A stretch of DNA of 64,000 nucleotides from Actinomycetota bacterium (GTDB lineage Bacteria > Actinomycetota > Thermoleophilia > Solirubrobacterales > Solirubrobacteraceae). The stretch lies in assembly GCA_005884115.1 (NCBI GenBank), contig VAXW01000004.1:290898-354897 (forward strand), written 5' to 3'. Shown here piece after piece: positions 48,473-57,496 of the stretch. The notes under the pieces are model-generated. The model was not told where the DNA came from, made no database searches, and worked only from the letters and a program-made list of their open reading frames with translations. Position numbers and translations under genes: made by a program. How positions within the stretch are numbered: the first letter of the stretch is position 1; the number at the start of each line of letters is the position of its first letter.

Positions 48473-50116
48473 CTACTCGCGGTCGTCGTACTCGTCGACC
48501 TGCCGGGGCTCCGCAGCGGCCAGCTGCTGCTGGCGCTTTCGGTGGGCGCTGGCCTCGCGCTGCAGGGCGCGCTGCAGCTCGACGTGCGAGCCGGGCAGCA
48601 CCTTCTTCGTCACGCGCTCGAACGCCTTGCGTGCGACCTCCTTGCGCGACGACGGCAGCGCCGAGTGCTGGCGCTTGCTCGCCGGCAGCACGAGCTGCTC
48701 GGCGTAATGCTGCGCGGCGAAGGCCACGAGCGCGCGGCCGTAGAGCTCGCCGGCGCTGCCGGCGCCGTCGATGAAGCGCCACAGCCACTTCTCAGCGTCC
48801 TCGACCTCTCCGTAGGCGACCTTGGTCTTGCCCGGCTTGCCGCTCTTCAGCGTCGGCGTCGTCGTCGTGCGGTGCTCTTCGATCACGAGGCGAATGCCGT
48901 TCGCGGCGATTGTCGCGGCCGTGTGGTCGCGGCCGGCGAGGTAGCCGTGCCCATCGGGGCCCAGCAGCCCGTAGGCGAAGAAGCGCGCGATGTCCATGTC
49001 GTCGGGGTCGACGGCGGCGAGCTTCTGCAGCAGTGCGGCCCCGAGGTCCAGGTTCGTGCCGTGCGCGCGGGCGGAGAGCTGGCGGACCGTGGCGCGGTGC
49101 TCGGCCTCGACCTGCTCCTGCGGCGTGCGCTCGCGCTTGCCCTGTGCCCTGCGGCCCGCGCGCTCGCGGCTGGTGCGCTCGCGGGCGTCGCGTAGCTCGG
49201 CGAGCGTGCGCTCGATCGCCTGCTTTGCGAGCTCGCGGAAGAGCGCGCGGTCGGTGATGATCGGCGTGCCGTGCTCGAACTCGAGCAGCACGCCGGCGGC
49301 TCGAGCCCGATCGACTTCGGCCTCGGCGAAGCGGATCGTCGGCGGGCCGTAGGCGTAGCGCTCGATCTGTGCGTGCAGCGCCTCGGCCTCGGCATAGGCC
49401 GCTTCGGTCTTCTTGCCCAGACGCAGCGCCTGGATGTCGTTGGGGGCAAGCGTGGCGAGGTAGGCGGCGAACACCTTTGCGCCGTTGCGCTGAAGCTCAC
49501 GACCGCGCGGCAGGGCACGGCCGATCGCCCAGGCCGGGTTACTCACGAACTGCTCGCCGCTGACCTCACCCGCGGCGACGGCAGTCACCGCGACCTCGCA
49601 GAGCTGCGGCGAGACGGCGCAGATCTGCGTGAGCGTCGAAAGCGCGCCGATGGGCAGCTGTCGGCTGCCAAGCAGTCGCTGTGCGAGCTCGGGCAGCTCG
49701 AGGATCTTCGCCCTGGCGCCCACGAGCTTGCTGCTCCAGCCGAGCACGCTCGCGGCGCCGTCGAGGGTGTAGCCCTCCTTGAGCATGTGCGCCACCGCGC
49801 GCGCCTCCTCCAGCGGGGAGAGCTGCTTGCGCACCACGTTCTCGGCGGCGCTGTCGGCGCTTGAGCCCTCCTGCTCGCGCAGGGTGACCTCGACCTCGTT
49901 CAGGCCGAGACTGCGGCACGCCGCGTAGCGGTGATGCCCGGCCACGAGGGTGAAGCGCTCGCCGTCGGGGCGAACGACGAGGGGGACTATCAGTCCCCGG
50001 AGCGCGATCGAGCTGGCGAGCGCATCGACGTGCTCCTGGTCGAGCTCGCGCGCGTTCTGGCTCACGTCGATCGCGCTGAGCGCGACGCGCTCGGGTGCAG
50101 CGGCGACTGTACTCAT
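48473..50116 (-). CDS. ParB/Srx N-terminal domain protein
   Basis: LASSIALRGLIVPLVVR...LVAGHHRYAAC...ENVVRKQLSPLEEA plus HTH and a long C-terminus. Confidence 0.85.
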   Translation of the reverse strand: MSTVAAAPERVALSAIDVSQNARELDQEHVDALASSIALRGLIVPLVVRPDGERFTLVAGHHRYAACRSLGLNEVEVTLREQEGSSADSAAENVVRKQLSPLEEARAVAHMLKEGYTLDGAASVLGWSSKLVGARAKILELPELAQRLLGSRQLPIGALSTLTQICAVSPQLCEVAVTAVAAGEVSGEQFVSNPAWAIGRALPRGRELQRNGAKVFAAYLATLAPNDIQALRLGKKTEAAYAEAEALHAQIERYAYGPPTIRFAEAEVDRARAAGVLLEFEHGTPIITDRALFRELAKQAIERTLAELRDARERTSRERAGRRAQGKRERTPQEQVEAEHRATVRQLSARAHGTNLDLGAALLQKLAAVDPDDMDIARFFAYGLLGPDGHGYLAGRDHTAATIAANGIRLVIEEHRTTTTPTLKSGKPGKTKVAYGEVEDAEKWLWRFIDGAGSAGELYGRALVAFAAQHYAEQLVLPASKRQHSALPSSRKEVARKAFERVTKKVLPGSHVELQRALQREASAHRKRQQQLAAAEPRQVDEYDDRE

Positions 50117-50241
50117 GAGAGAACCTCCACTTGCATGGCCCCGCCCGCTGCGGGGCCGATCCCCATCTCCCGCGCACGCCGCAGGCGTGCGATCATCGGG
50201 ATGGGGTCGGCCCGCGCGGCACCGCCGCCGCGATGATGGGG

Positions 50242-51165
50242 TCACAGTTCGACCTCGCGCGGGCTCACCCCGAGGGCACGGGCGATGAGGGCAAGGACAT
50301 CCGTGTGAACCCACGGAGTCGGCTCGCTGTGTCCTGCGTCCGGTAGCTGGCCGATGCGGCGTGCGAGCCAGCTCGTTTCGCCGCTCACGCTCCCGCGCGG
50401 GCCTCGCTTCACCCGCCCGCAGCGGATCGCGATCTCACTGATGCTCACCTCGCCGCGCGCGAGCAGCTCCTGCACTGCTTCGCGCAGGCCGCGGTTGAGC
50501 ACGATCGGGCTCGCAGTTGCGCGTTCGTGCTCGGCGCGCAGCAGCGCCACCGAGACGTCCCGGTCGTGTCGATGGTGCTCGATGGCCGAGCGCGTCAGCG
50601 TGAGTGCCGGCTCATAGCTCTCGAGCGCGCCGATCACCTCGCGCAGGCTCACGATCTGTGGCGGCGCGCGGTGTCGCGCGGGCGCGTATCGGCGCCAGCG
50701 CAGCTGCCCGATCGAGCCGGAATCGACGCTCGCCTCGAGCCTATAGCTGCTGCCGCGCCTGTCGACGAGCTCGGCGTCGGGTGCGGTGTCGCCGTTGGCC
50801 TCGCGAGCACCGGTGGCGGCCGTGGCGGGGATGGACGCTCCTTCTCCAGACGCCGCGAGGAAGTCCTCTGCTGTCAGGGGTCGGCAGGGACGTCTGTGCG
50901 CGGCGGCGAGGTACATCGCGCACACGGCGCGTGCGTTCTCGGCCGGCTCATCGGCGGCGAGGTGCGCGAGCAGGCGCGCGTCGCGCAGGCTTGCGGGGAC
51001 GCGATCGACGACGAGCCTGGTTCCGCCTGGCCCCGACAGGCAGACGATCTCGCGGACGTGACCGGAGCCGTCGGTGTACGTGCCAAGCGCGGCGCTGGTA
51101 ACGGCTCGGCGAAGTGCTCGGCCGTTTGAGTCGCTGCTCGGGCGAGGTGGCGCGATGGTGCTCAT
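50242..51165 (-). CDS. Hypothetical protein with C-terminal HTH-like region
   Basis: AAGGAG RBS; SISEIAIRCG...LIARALGVSPREVEL. Confidence 0.7.
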   Translation of the reverse strand: MSTIAPPRPSSDSNGRALRRAVTSAALGTYTDGSGHVREIVCLSGPGGTRLVVDRVPASLRDARLLAHLAADEPAENARAVCAMYLAAAHRRPCRPLTAEDFLAASGEGASIPATAATGAREANGDTAPDAELVDRRGSSYRLEASVDSGSIGQLRWRRYAPARHRAPPQIVSLREVIGALESYEPALTLTRSAIEHHRHDRDVSVALLRAEHERATASPIVLNRGLREAVQELLARGEVSISEIAIRCGRVKRGPRGSVSGETSWLARRIGQLPDAGHSEPTPWVHTDVLALIARALGVSPREVEL

Positions 51166-51266
51166 GGCTCTCCTTCGTGGAGGGCCCGCCCGTTGCGGGC
51201 CGGTGCCCCGAAGGCCGCACGCGCAGCGTGCGAAAATTCAGAGGGGCAGGCCCGCGGTGTGCCGCG

Positions 51267-51836
51267 TCATTGCTGAAGCTCGCGCCGCAGGATGCTGCTC
51301 GTCATCGGGATTTCCTGCAGCGCGTGCGCCTGCTGGGTGTAGTCAGCTACCAGCGCCCGCAGCGTCGAGTAGCCGTCGTGCTCGAGCCCGCGCTCGACTA
51401 GATAGGAGCGCCCCGAGCCGGCCGCCGGCCGGTCGGTGATCGTGACGCTGCCGGCGATGCGCTGTCCGTAGAGAACGCGCTGGACGCCGCCCACCTCGTA
51501 GCGCGACAGCTCGGTCAGCTCGCCCGCCCGGCCCTGCCGGACGGTGCGCACGATCGCCGGCGGACGCACCTTCCAGGTGGCTTGCGAGCCGAAGCCGGAC
51601 ACCTCGCTCGGGCGCGCCGCGGTCGCGTAGGGCTCTTCGGCTCGGTCGCTGCGGCGCGGGGCTTCCAAGGGCCGACCTCGAGTCGCCCTCAGCTGCTTCA
51701 GGCGTTCGATTTCGCTGCTTGCCTGACGGCGCGTCTGGGGGCCACTGAACGTGGTGCCGGTCTGCATCGCGAGATCCCTGAGATATGCGAGTTGCTTGGC
51801 AGTGGGTGCGCTGGTGCTTGAGGTGCGCCTGGTCAT
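51267..51836 (-). CDS. Hypothetical protein with DUF3072-like N-terminal motif
   Basis: PTAKQLAYLRDLA...TRRQASSEIERL; AGGAGG RBS. Confidence 0.7.
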   Translation of the reverse strand: MTRRTSSTSAPTAKQLAYLRDLAMQTGTTFSGPQTRRQASSEIERLKQLRATRGRPLEAPRRSDRAEEPYATAARPSEVSGFGSQATWKVRPPAIVRTVRQGRAGELTELSRYEVGGVQRVLYGQRIAGSVTITDRPAAGSGRSYLVERGLEHDGYSTLRALVADYTQQAHALQEIPMTSSILRRELQQ

Positions 51837-51852
51837 CGCTGGCCTCCTGAGG

Positions 51853-51999
51853 TCGGGTTGAGCACACCCCGGCCAACGCAGGCCGGCGAGGCGGGTCAAG
51901 CTCCGTCCCGTCAGGGATCGCCGAAGGCGACGCGAAGCGCGGGGCTTGACGCGCCGTCAGAGCCGGTCTGCTGGCCTAACGGGGGTGTGCCCAACCCGA
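51853..51999 (+). promoter_or_regulatory. Large branched hairpin, candidate Frpo-like ssDNA promoter
   Basis: Nested inverted repeats, TTGACG in the stem, GAA-triloop side hairpins. Confidence 0.6.
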
Positions 52000-53153
52000 A
52001 CCCGAGGAGCGAGCTACGTGAACCCTGAGCAGCTATCTGTTGACCCCCGAGATCATCTTCAGCCGTCGGTGTCAGGCCTGTTGAGGCCCACCGCCAAACT
52101 CGGTCTCGCTCGCCACCATCGTTCTGGCTGCTGACGCGCCACCCAACTCATGGCAATCGAACACGGCTACAAGGTCGAATTCCAGCATCTAGTAATTGCT
52201 GGAGATGGACTTCTTGTAGGTGTTGGGCTCCGAGGTCTCTGCTGCCCGCTCGCTCCCGGCTGCCGCTCTGCGCCTGGCCCTTGACCTGGAACATCTGTGA
52301 TGTGGTGGTCGAGGAAGGGGGTCCCCGGGTCGAAGCGAAGCGGAGAGGCGGGGACCCCCTTCCTCGGGCCAGGTGCAGAGCCAAACCTGGGGAGCGAGCG
52401 GGCAGCAGCGTGTTCGTTTGGGTGTTCGGCCTATAGACGAGCACCCAAACGAACACCCGAGACGAAGACATAGGGACGCGAAGCATCCGTCCGTTCGGTG
52501 CGCGACGACCAGTTCAGCGGCCATCACCGAGCCTCCGTCCAGGCGGCTCATGACGAAGCCTCATCTCCCATCTTGCACTCCGGGACATCCATCTTGGCTT
52601 CGCTGATCGCCCGCCGCCACCCCCGACCCTCAGTCGGTCGCACATGGGCCGCGCGGCCCGCATGAGGTTAGAGAGAGATCAAGTACCGCTGACCAGCCCT
52701 TCGGCCGGCTCTGGCGCCTGGAGGCGCCGGGCACGTGAGATTTCCTACCCCCGATTCGGGACCGAGCTGGGCACCGCAGATCATCAGGACCAACCACGCC
52801 TTCGCCCCCGCGACCGTAGACGCCTACGACGGTGCCGCTGCCGACGACAGGCGCGACGCTTGCGCACGGCGTTGTAGCGGCCAAGGTGCATGCCGAACGC
52901 GATACACCCTAAGACCGTGGCCGGCTCGGTGGTGGCCGAAAGGCCGCCGATCACGGCCATCTGCCCCAAGACCAGGGCGCCTGTGGCCAGCGTCAGCTCT
53001 AGAGTCGATGCGCGCATCACCCTCGCCGACTATCCGGCGCAACCCGGACGCGTCAAACAAGACCCCTCCGGAACTCACCACGCCACCTGAAGTGCTTTCC
53101 TACGTGGGCTTAATCACGCGGACCGTCCGTTCCCGGAGTACCATGGTCGTGTA

Positions 53154-53813
53154 GTGCCCTACACGTCAATCTCGACTTTCCAACGGTTGCCCCGAGGCAC
53201 GTGGGAGGCGAACACTTCCTCCGGCATCGTCGAGGTATCGCAACGGGATGCAGTGTGGAAGGGACGCTGGCTGGACGGCCCGTGGATCGAGATCCCCGGC
53301 AGCCGCAACCTGCTCGTGTACGAGTGCACGGCCAACGCCACAGTGGAACGGCGCAAGCTGGGAAGGCGGTATCAGACAGTCAGCCGTGTGTGCGCGGAGA
53401 AGCTTCCACCGCTTATAGACTGGTGCATCGCTACGGCCGAGCCCAGCATCCACGATGACGGGGCCTTCTGGCTTGAGTGGGGCGTGTGGCGGGCTCGCAG
53501 TCAAGACCCGCTGCCAATGCCATTCATTCCAGAGCTCGACGAGCCGAGCGAGGAGCTCCAGTGCCTGGCGAGAACCGAGCGCATATGCCGCGAAGCGAGG
53601 GCTCGGCTGGACCAAGCGCACGTTGAGCGCGGAGAGGCGTTGATCGATGCCACCCGCAAACGCCGTAGCCGGCGACGTCTCGCAGGGGCGACCGGGCTTT
53701 CATTTGCACGCGTGCAGCAGTTGCTGCGGCAAGGCGAAGCCCGTCGGGCCGCCGCCCGCGAGCAACTCTCGTGGGTTCCGTCGGCAGTGGCCGTCAGAAT
53801 GCAGAAATGGTGA
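53154..53813 (+). CDS. Hypothetical protein with C-terminal HTH
   Basis: SRRRLAGATGLSFARVQQLL. Confidence 0.55.
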   Translation: MPYTSISTFQRLPRGTWEANTSSGIVEVSQRDAVWKGRWLDGPWIEIPGSRNLLVYECTANATVERRKLGRRYQTVSRVCAEKLPPLIDWCIATAEPSIHDDGAFWLEWGVWRARSQDPLPMPFIPELDEPSEELQCLARTERICREARARLDQAHVERGEALIDATRKRRSRRRLAGATGLSFARVQQLLRQGEARRAAAREQLSWVPSAVAVRMQKW

Positions 53814-53859
53814 GCTCTCGTAGTTGTGCCTGTCGCTCCGGGCCAGGGGTGTCCGTCCC

Positions 53860-54084
53860 ATGAAGCGGAAGGTCGTTACCTGGGGCAAGGATGCCGATGG
53901 CCGCCCTGTGCTTGTGGAGCGCTACCAAGAGGAAGGGCCAAGCTCTGCCACCACCTGGCACGGGACCTCATACATGCGCGTCGCCGGCAAAGTCCGCGAC
54001 GGCGTCGCGGTGAAGGATGCCGCCTCTCGGGCTCCAGCAAACCGGAGACCGAACCCGGTTAGGCCCGTCCGCCCTGCCGCCTGA
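53860..54084 (+). CDS. Small hypothetical protein
   Basis: MKRKVVTWGKDADGRPVLVERY, protein-like composition. Confidence 0.4.
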   Translation: MKRKVVTWGKDADGRPVLVERYQEEGPSSATTWHGTSYMRVAGKVRDGVAVKDAASRAPANRRPNPVRPVRPAA

Positions 54085-54141
54085 CATCCGCTCCGCCGCC
54101 GCCGTTCGGCCGCTCGTGCCTCAGGGCGCTAGGCTTGGATC

Positions 54142-54540
54142 ATGGCCTCGAGCCGGATCGAGATCGCTGGGCCCCCGGAAAGAGCCAAGCAAGCTCGGGT
54201 GGGGTTCCCCTGGGTTCTTCCTCTGACGTCGCCGCCGTCAGCCGTGTGGTCTACTCGGTTTGAGGAAGTCGATTGGCGTTCGCTGGCGCCACAGTTGCGG
54301 CCACCGTATCATCCGCGGCTGGATGGCGACCGAGTCTGGCTTCCGGGGCTTGAGCCTGATGCACTGAGGCCGATCCTCGACATCGTCGCCGACCAAGTGG
54401 AACAGATTAGTAGCGCCGTTGTCGAGGAGGAACAGACGGCCGTGTCGCGTGAAGCCGAGACCGACGAGGCACGTCGTCGAAGAGACGAGGCCTCTTCCGC
54501 CGCTTTTGACGAATGGTGGAAGGAGCGACGCGCCGGCTGA
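54142..54540 (+). CDS. Hypothetical protein
   Basis: 132-aa ORF with globular N-terminus and charged helical tail. Confidence 0.6.
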   Translation: MASSRIEIAGPPERAKQARVGFPWVLPLTSPPSAVWSTRFEEVDWRSLAPQLRPPYHPRLDGDRVWLPGLEPDALRPILDIVADQVEQISSAVVEEEQTAVSREAETDEARRRRDEASSAAFDEWWKERRAG

Positions 54541-54553
54541 CTCCAGCTCGGGG

Positions 54554-55396
54554 CTAGCCTCTCGCCGGCGCTAGGGTGGGCACTCCGCTCCACGCAACTT
54601 TGAGAAGCTCTGCACCGGCCTCCTCGCAAAGTGCCGCCGCTCCCGGTAGCTGCCAGCTCGGGAAGCGCTCCCCGAGGATCACCGCGCGAAGCCGACGGTA
54701 GGGCACGGTGACTTCGCTGTCATCATCGTCCAACAGGACATATCGCAGCTCACGCTCGGTACTCCAATCCTCTACCTTTCGAAAGAACAGCTCCTCCGCG
54801 TTCTCTTGGAGATGAAGGCGGTATCCACGCGCGGTGTCGCCCTCACCCTTCAGGGTGAGCGCCGTGGCATCGAGAGTACGTGCGTGCGGATAGCTCGCAA
54901 GAGGCAGGTCGCTGTATATGACCTCGCCCCAAGCCGTGCGGTTGATCGCTTCCAAGCGGCCCAGGACCTCTCGGTGGAGATCGTCGCGATCAAAGACGAG
55001 ACAGACTCCGTGGTGAGCCTCGGCGTATAGCTCCCACATGCGCGGTCTTGCATAGCCCCAGGCGTGGGGCGCGGAAGTTCCGGGTTCGAGCACCCTGTCT
55101 ACCGTCAGGCTGAGAATCTTCGTGTTCGCGACTGCGTCGCGCTCCAGCCGCCGCAACTTCTCGACATCAGCGGCGGGCCACGCGAGCGGGGTGAGCACAT
55201 GCTCGGCGCGCTCCTTGTTCTCCAGTGGATCGCGCATCCTCGCCAGACTGCTCAGACGCAACGATCTAGCTTGAAGAATGTGCTCAAATGCCGCCGCTCG
55301 ACTCGTGTAGTGGTAGACGCGCTGCCCGTTCTCCCCGAGCATGCCAGGGGTGGGTCGGGAGCTATCAGTCGATCGCGTGGCGTTCACCGCGTCCAT
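54554..55396 (-). CDS. DUF2971-like protein
   Basis: YHYTS...LRLSSLARMRDPLE...MWELYAEAHHGVCLVFD...RKVEDWSTERELR. Confidence 0.8.
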   Translation of the reverse strand: MDAVNATRSTDSSRPTPGMLGENGQRVYHYTSRAAAFEHILQARSLRLSSLARMRDPLENKERAEHVLTPLAWPAADVEKLRRLERDAVANTKILSLTVDRVLEPGTSAPHAWGYARPRMWELYAEAHHGVCLVFDRDDLHREVLGRLEAINRTAWGEVIYSDLPLASYPHARTLDATALTLKGEGDTARGYRLHLQENAEELFFRKVEDWSTERELRYVLLDDDDSEVTVPYRRLRAVILGERFPSWQLPGAAALCEEAGAELLKVAWSGVPTLAPARG

Positions 55397-57249
55397 TCCC
55401 CCGCGTTGACCTTTGGAAGGATGTGGTTCTGAATGCGAGCGAGTTTCGCTTCGAGATGTGCCCGCGGATCGAGGCCGCGTCCGAGGGACAGGAACACGTC
55501 CTCTTCCCCCTCGGGTCCTCTGATCCGGACGGTGATCCCGGCTTTCCCGGCCCAATCGTCCACCTGATCGTGCGTCACGTCCCCCTGAAGTAGCTGCCCC
55601 GCAGTGCGCACAAAACCGTTCAGTTCACTTGCGACTGACTCTGGCGTGACGACTTCGACGGCGGCACCGGAGGCGGTAGCAGCCGAAGACCTTAGTTGGC
55701 GCAGCGTTTCGGTGAGCCACGCAAGCTGTCGGTCGTAGTAGGCCTCTTCCTGTCCGGGTAGATGCCCAGGAGGGTTGCCGCGGTAGCCATCGACGAGCTC
55801 GGGCGCCACCTTGGTCACCAGCTCGTGCGCGTTCCGTACCTCCCAGTGGTGCAAGGCGCCGAGGAACCACGTATCACCGCGCGTGGGACGTTGGCGCACC
55901 AGTGCCCCGTGTGCGGCGATTCGGTCCTCCAGCCACGGTTCCAGCGGAATCGGCTCCTCGCCGGGGCGTGGACGCTCATTGATCTCGTCCCAGCGGATCG
56001 GATCGTGCTCCACGACTGGCCGATGCCGCTCGACCGCCCGGGCTGACGAGCTATGCGTGTCGGTGGCGTCTGCGCGCCGTCGTCGTTCGAGGTGCCGCTC
56101 AATCGCGGCAGCTAGTTGGGCCGCGACTGCCGTGCAATCGGAGCGGTCTGTCTCGAGCCACAGTGTGTCCGCCAGGAAGCTCGGTAGCTCAACCTCGTCA
56201 AGCCGGACGGGCAGAACCTTGACTTGCTTGGACCGAATGCCGTGCGTCACGGCCAGTGACAGCTCCTTCTCACACCATGATGAATTCACGGAATGTTCAG
56301 AGATCACGGCGATGACGAAATCCTCGTCGTGTATGGCATCCCCGATTCTGCGGATCAGCGAGTCGCCGATCAGCAGATCGACCCGGTCGATCCACACGCC
56401 GACGCCGTGTTCGTCTAGCCGTTTCACCAAGGCGAGCACAAACGCCTCGTCTTGGTGCGAATAGCTGATGAACGCTCTTGGCTGTCCCGGGTCGGGCGAG
56501 CCAACGTCGATCAAGTCCGCGGTCACCGGTGTTGGCACCGCCGACAGAGGTGCGGCCGCCGGGTAGCTGATGGCCAGAAACTCGGCAAGCGTGTTGATAT
56601 CCCGGTAGCGTCGCGCCCTTTCGAGGTTCACCTCCATTGACCACGCTCCTGTCTCGGTACGGCCGAATGATGTCCACAGCTGCCAGGCTTCGTCGCTCAT
56701 GAGCGTGCCCAAACGTGTTGACGCGGGGTCGCCCGGCTTGATTCCTAGGTGGTCGCACATCTGCTGGCTTGTGATCGACAGACGCCCGAGTTCAGTCGCG
56801 GAGGCCGGCTTATAGTCGGCGGCGCGTTTTCCGACATACCGAACCACGGATACAAAGCAGTCGAGGTCCGCGACCGCCTTGGGTAGCCGGGTCAAGCCTT
56901 GGAGACTGACGCCCACGACACTGTTCTCACGCAATTGAAACTGATGGGTGCGAGCCATCGCCGGACGCACCAAGCCCTGTTCGGCCAGGTCGAGGTACAC
57001 GTGGCGGGCCTCGAACTGCGAGTCATCCCACAGTTGCCTGATGTACTGGAATAGTGGCCAGTTCCCCGTCGGCGCGAACGCCTCATACAGGCCTTCCAGC
57101 ATCTTGTGATGCGGGTCGGCGGCTACGCTCTTGTCCGGCTCCTGGTCGGCTGTTCTGACCTGCGCGAGCGCAGCTTGATAAGAGACGCCGTTCCGTTTTG
57201 CGAGCTCGCGGGCGAGACGCTGCTGCTTGCGGTTTGGCTGGGCTGACAC
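55384..57249 (-). CDS. TIR domain-containing multidomain protein
   Basis: AFISYSHQD...VWIDRVDLLIGDSL...VISEHSVNSSWCEKEL...VLPVRLD; AAAGGAG RBS. Confidence 0.9.
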   Translation of the reverse strand: MSAQPNRKQQRLARELAKRNGVSYQAALAQVRTADQEPDKSVAADPHHKMLEGLYEAFAPTGNWPLFQYIRQLWDDSQFEARHVYLDLAEQGLVRPAMARTHQFQLRENSVVGVSLQGLTRLPKAVADLDCFVSVVRYVGKRAADYKPASATELGRLSITSQQMCDHLGIKPGDPASTRLGTLMSDEAWQLWTSFGRTETGAWSMEVNLERARRYRDINTLAEFLAISYPAAAPLSAVPTPVTADLIDVGSPDPGQPRAFISYSHQDEAFVLALVKRLDEHGVGVWIDRVDLLIGDSLIRRIGDAIHDEDFVIAVISEHSVNSSWCEKELSLAVTHGIRSKQVKVLPVRLDEVELPSFLADTLWLETDRSDCTAVAAQLAAAIERHLERRRRADATDTHSSSARAVERHRPVVEHDPIRWDEINERPRPGEEPIPLEPWLEDRIAAHGALVRQRPTRGDTWFLGALHHWEVRNAHELVTKVAPELVDGYRGNPPGHLPGQEEAYYDRQLAWLTETLRQLRSSAATASGAAVEVVTPESVASELNGFVRTAGQLLQGDVTHDQVDDWAGKAGITVRIRGPEGEEDVFLSLGRGLDPRAHLEAKLARIQNHILPKVNAGEWTR

Positions 57250-57393
57250 GTACGGCTCCTTTCGTGATGGCGTCCCATGCCCGCCCTGAAAGGGTCATAG
57301 CGTCAGTCCGACGGCTGGGCCGCTTCCCCGGCTAATGCGACGCGGGCATGGACCACGAATCGCAGACGGGACGCTTTCGGCAGCGCGCCATGC

Positions 57394-57421
57394 AAGATAG
57401 CGCGATCTCTGTCGCCGTCAA
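57394..57421 (-). promoter_or_regulatory. Sigma-70 promoter for the TIR operon
   Basis: Minus strand TTGACG-16 bp-TATCTT, about 145 nt upstream of the GTG. Confidence 0.6.
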
Positions 57422-57496
57422 GTCGCTCGCCGGTTCGCTTGGCGGTGGACTGTTCCAGGCACTGGCGTGCCACGCCTGATCGGCCAATTGTCGGCC

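Larger units (their letters stand above)
36000..52480 (-). mobile_element. Decayed integrative/conjugative element or nested elements (boundaries approximate)
   Basis: Co-oriented coupling ATPase, relaxase-like gene, int/xis, ssb, ardC and parB adjacent to att-like site #6. Confidence 0.7.
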
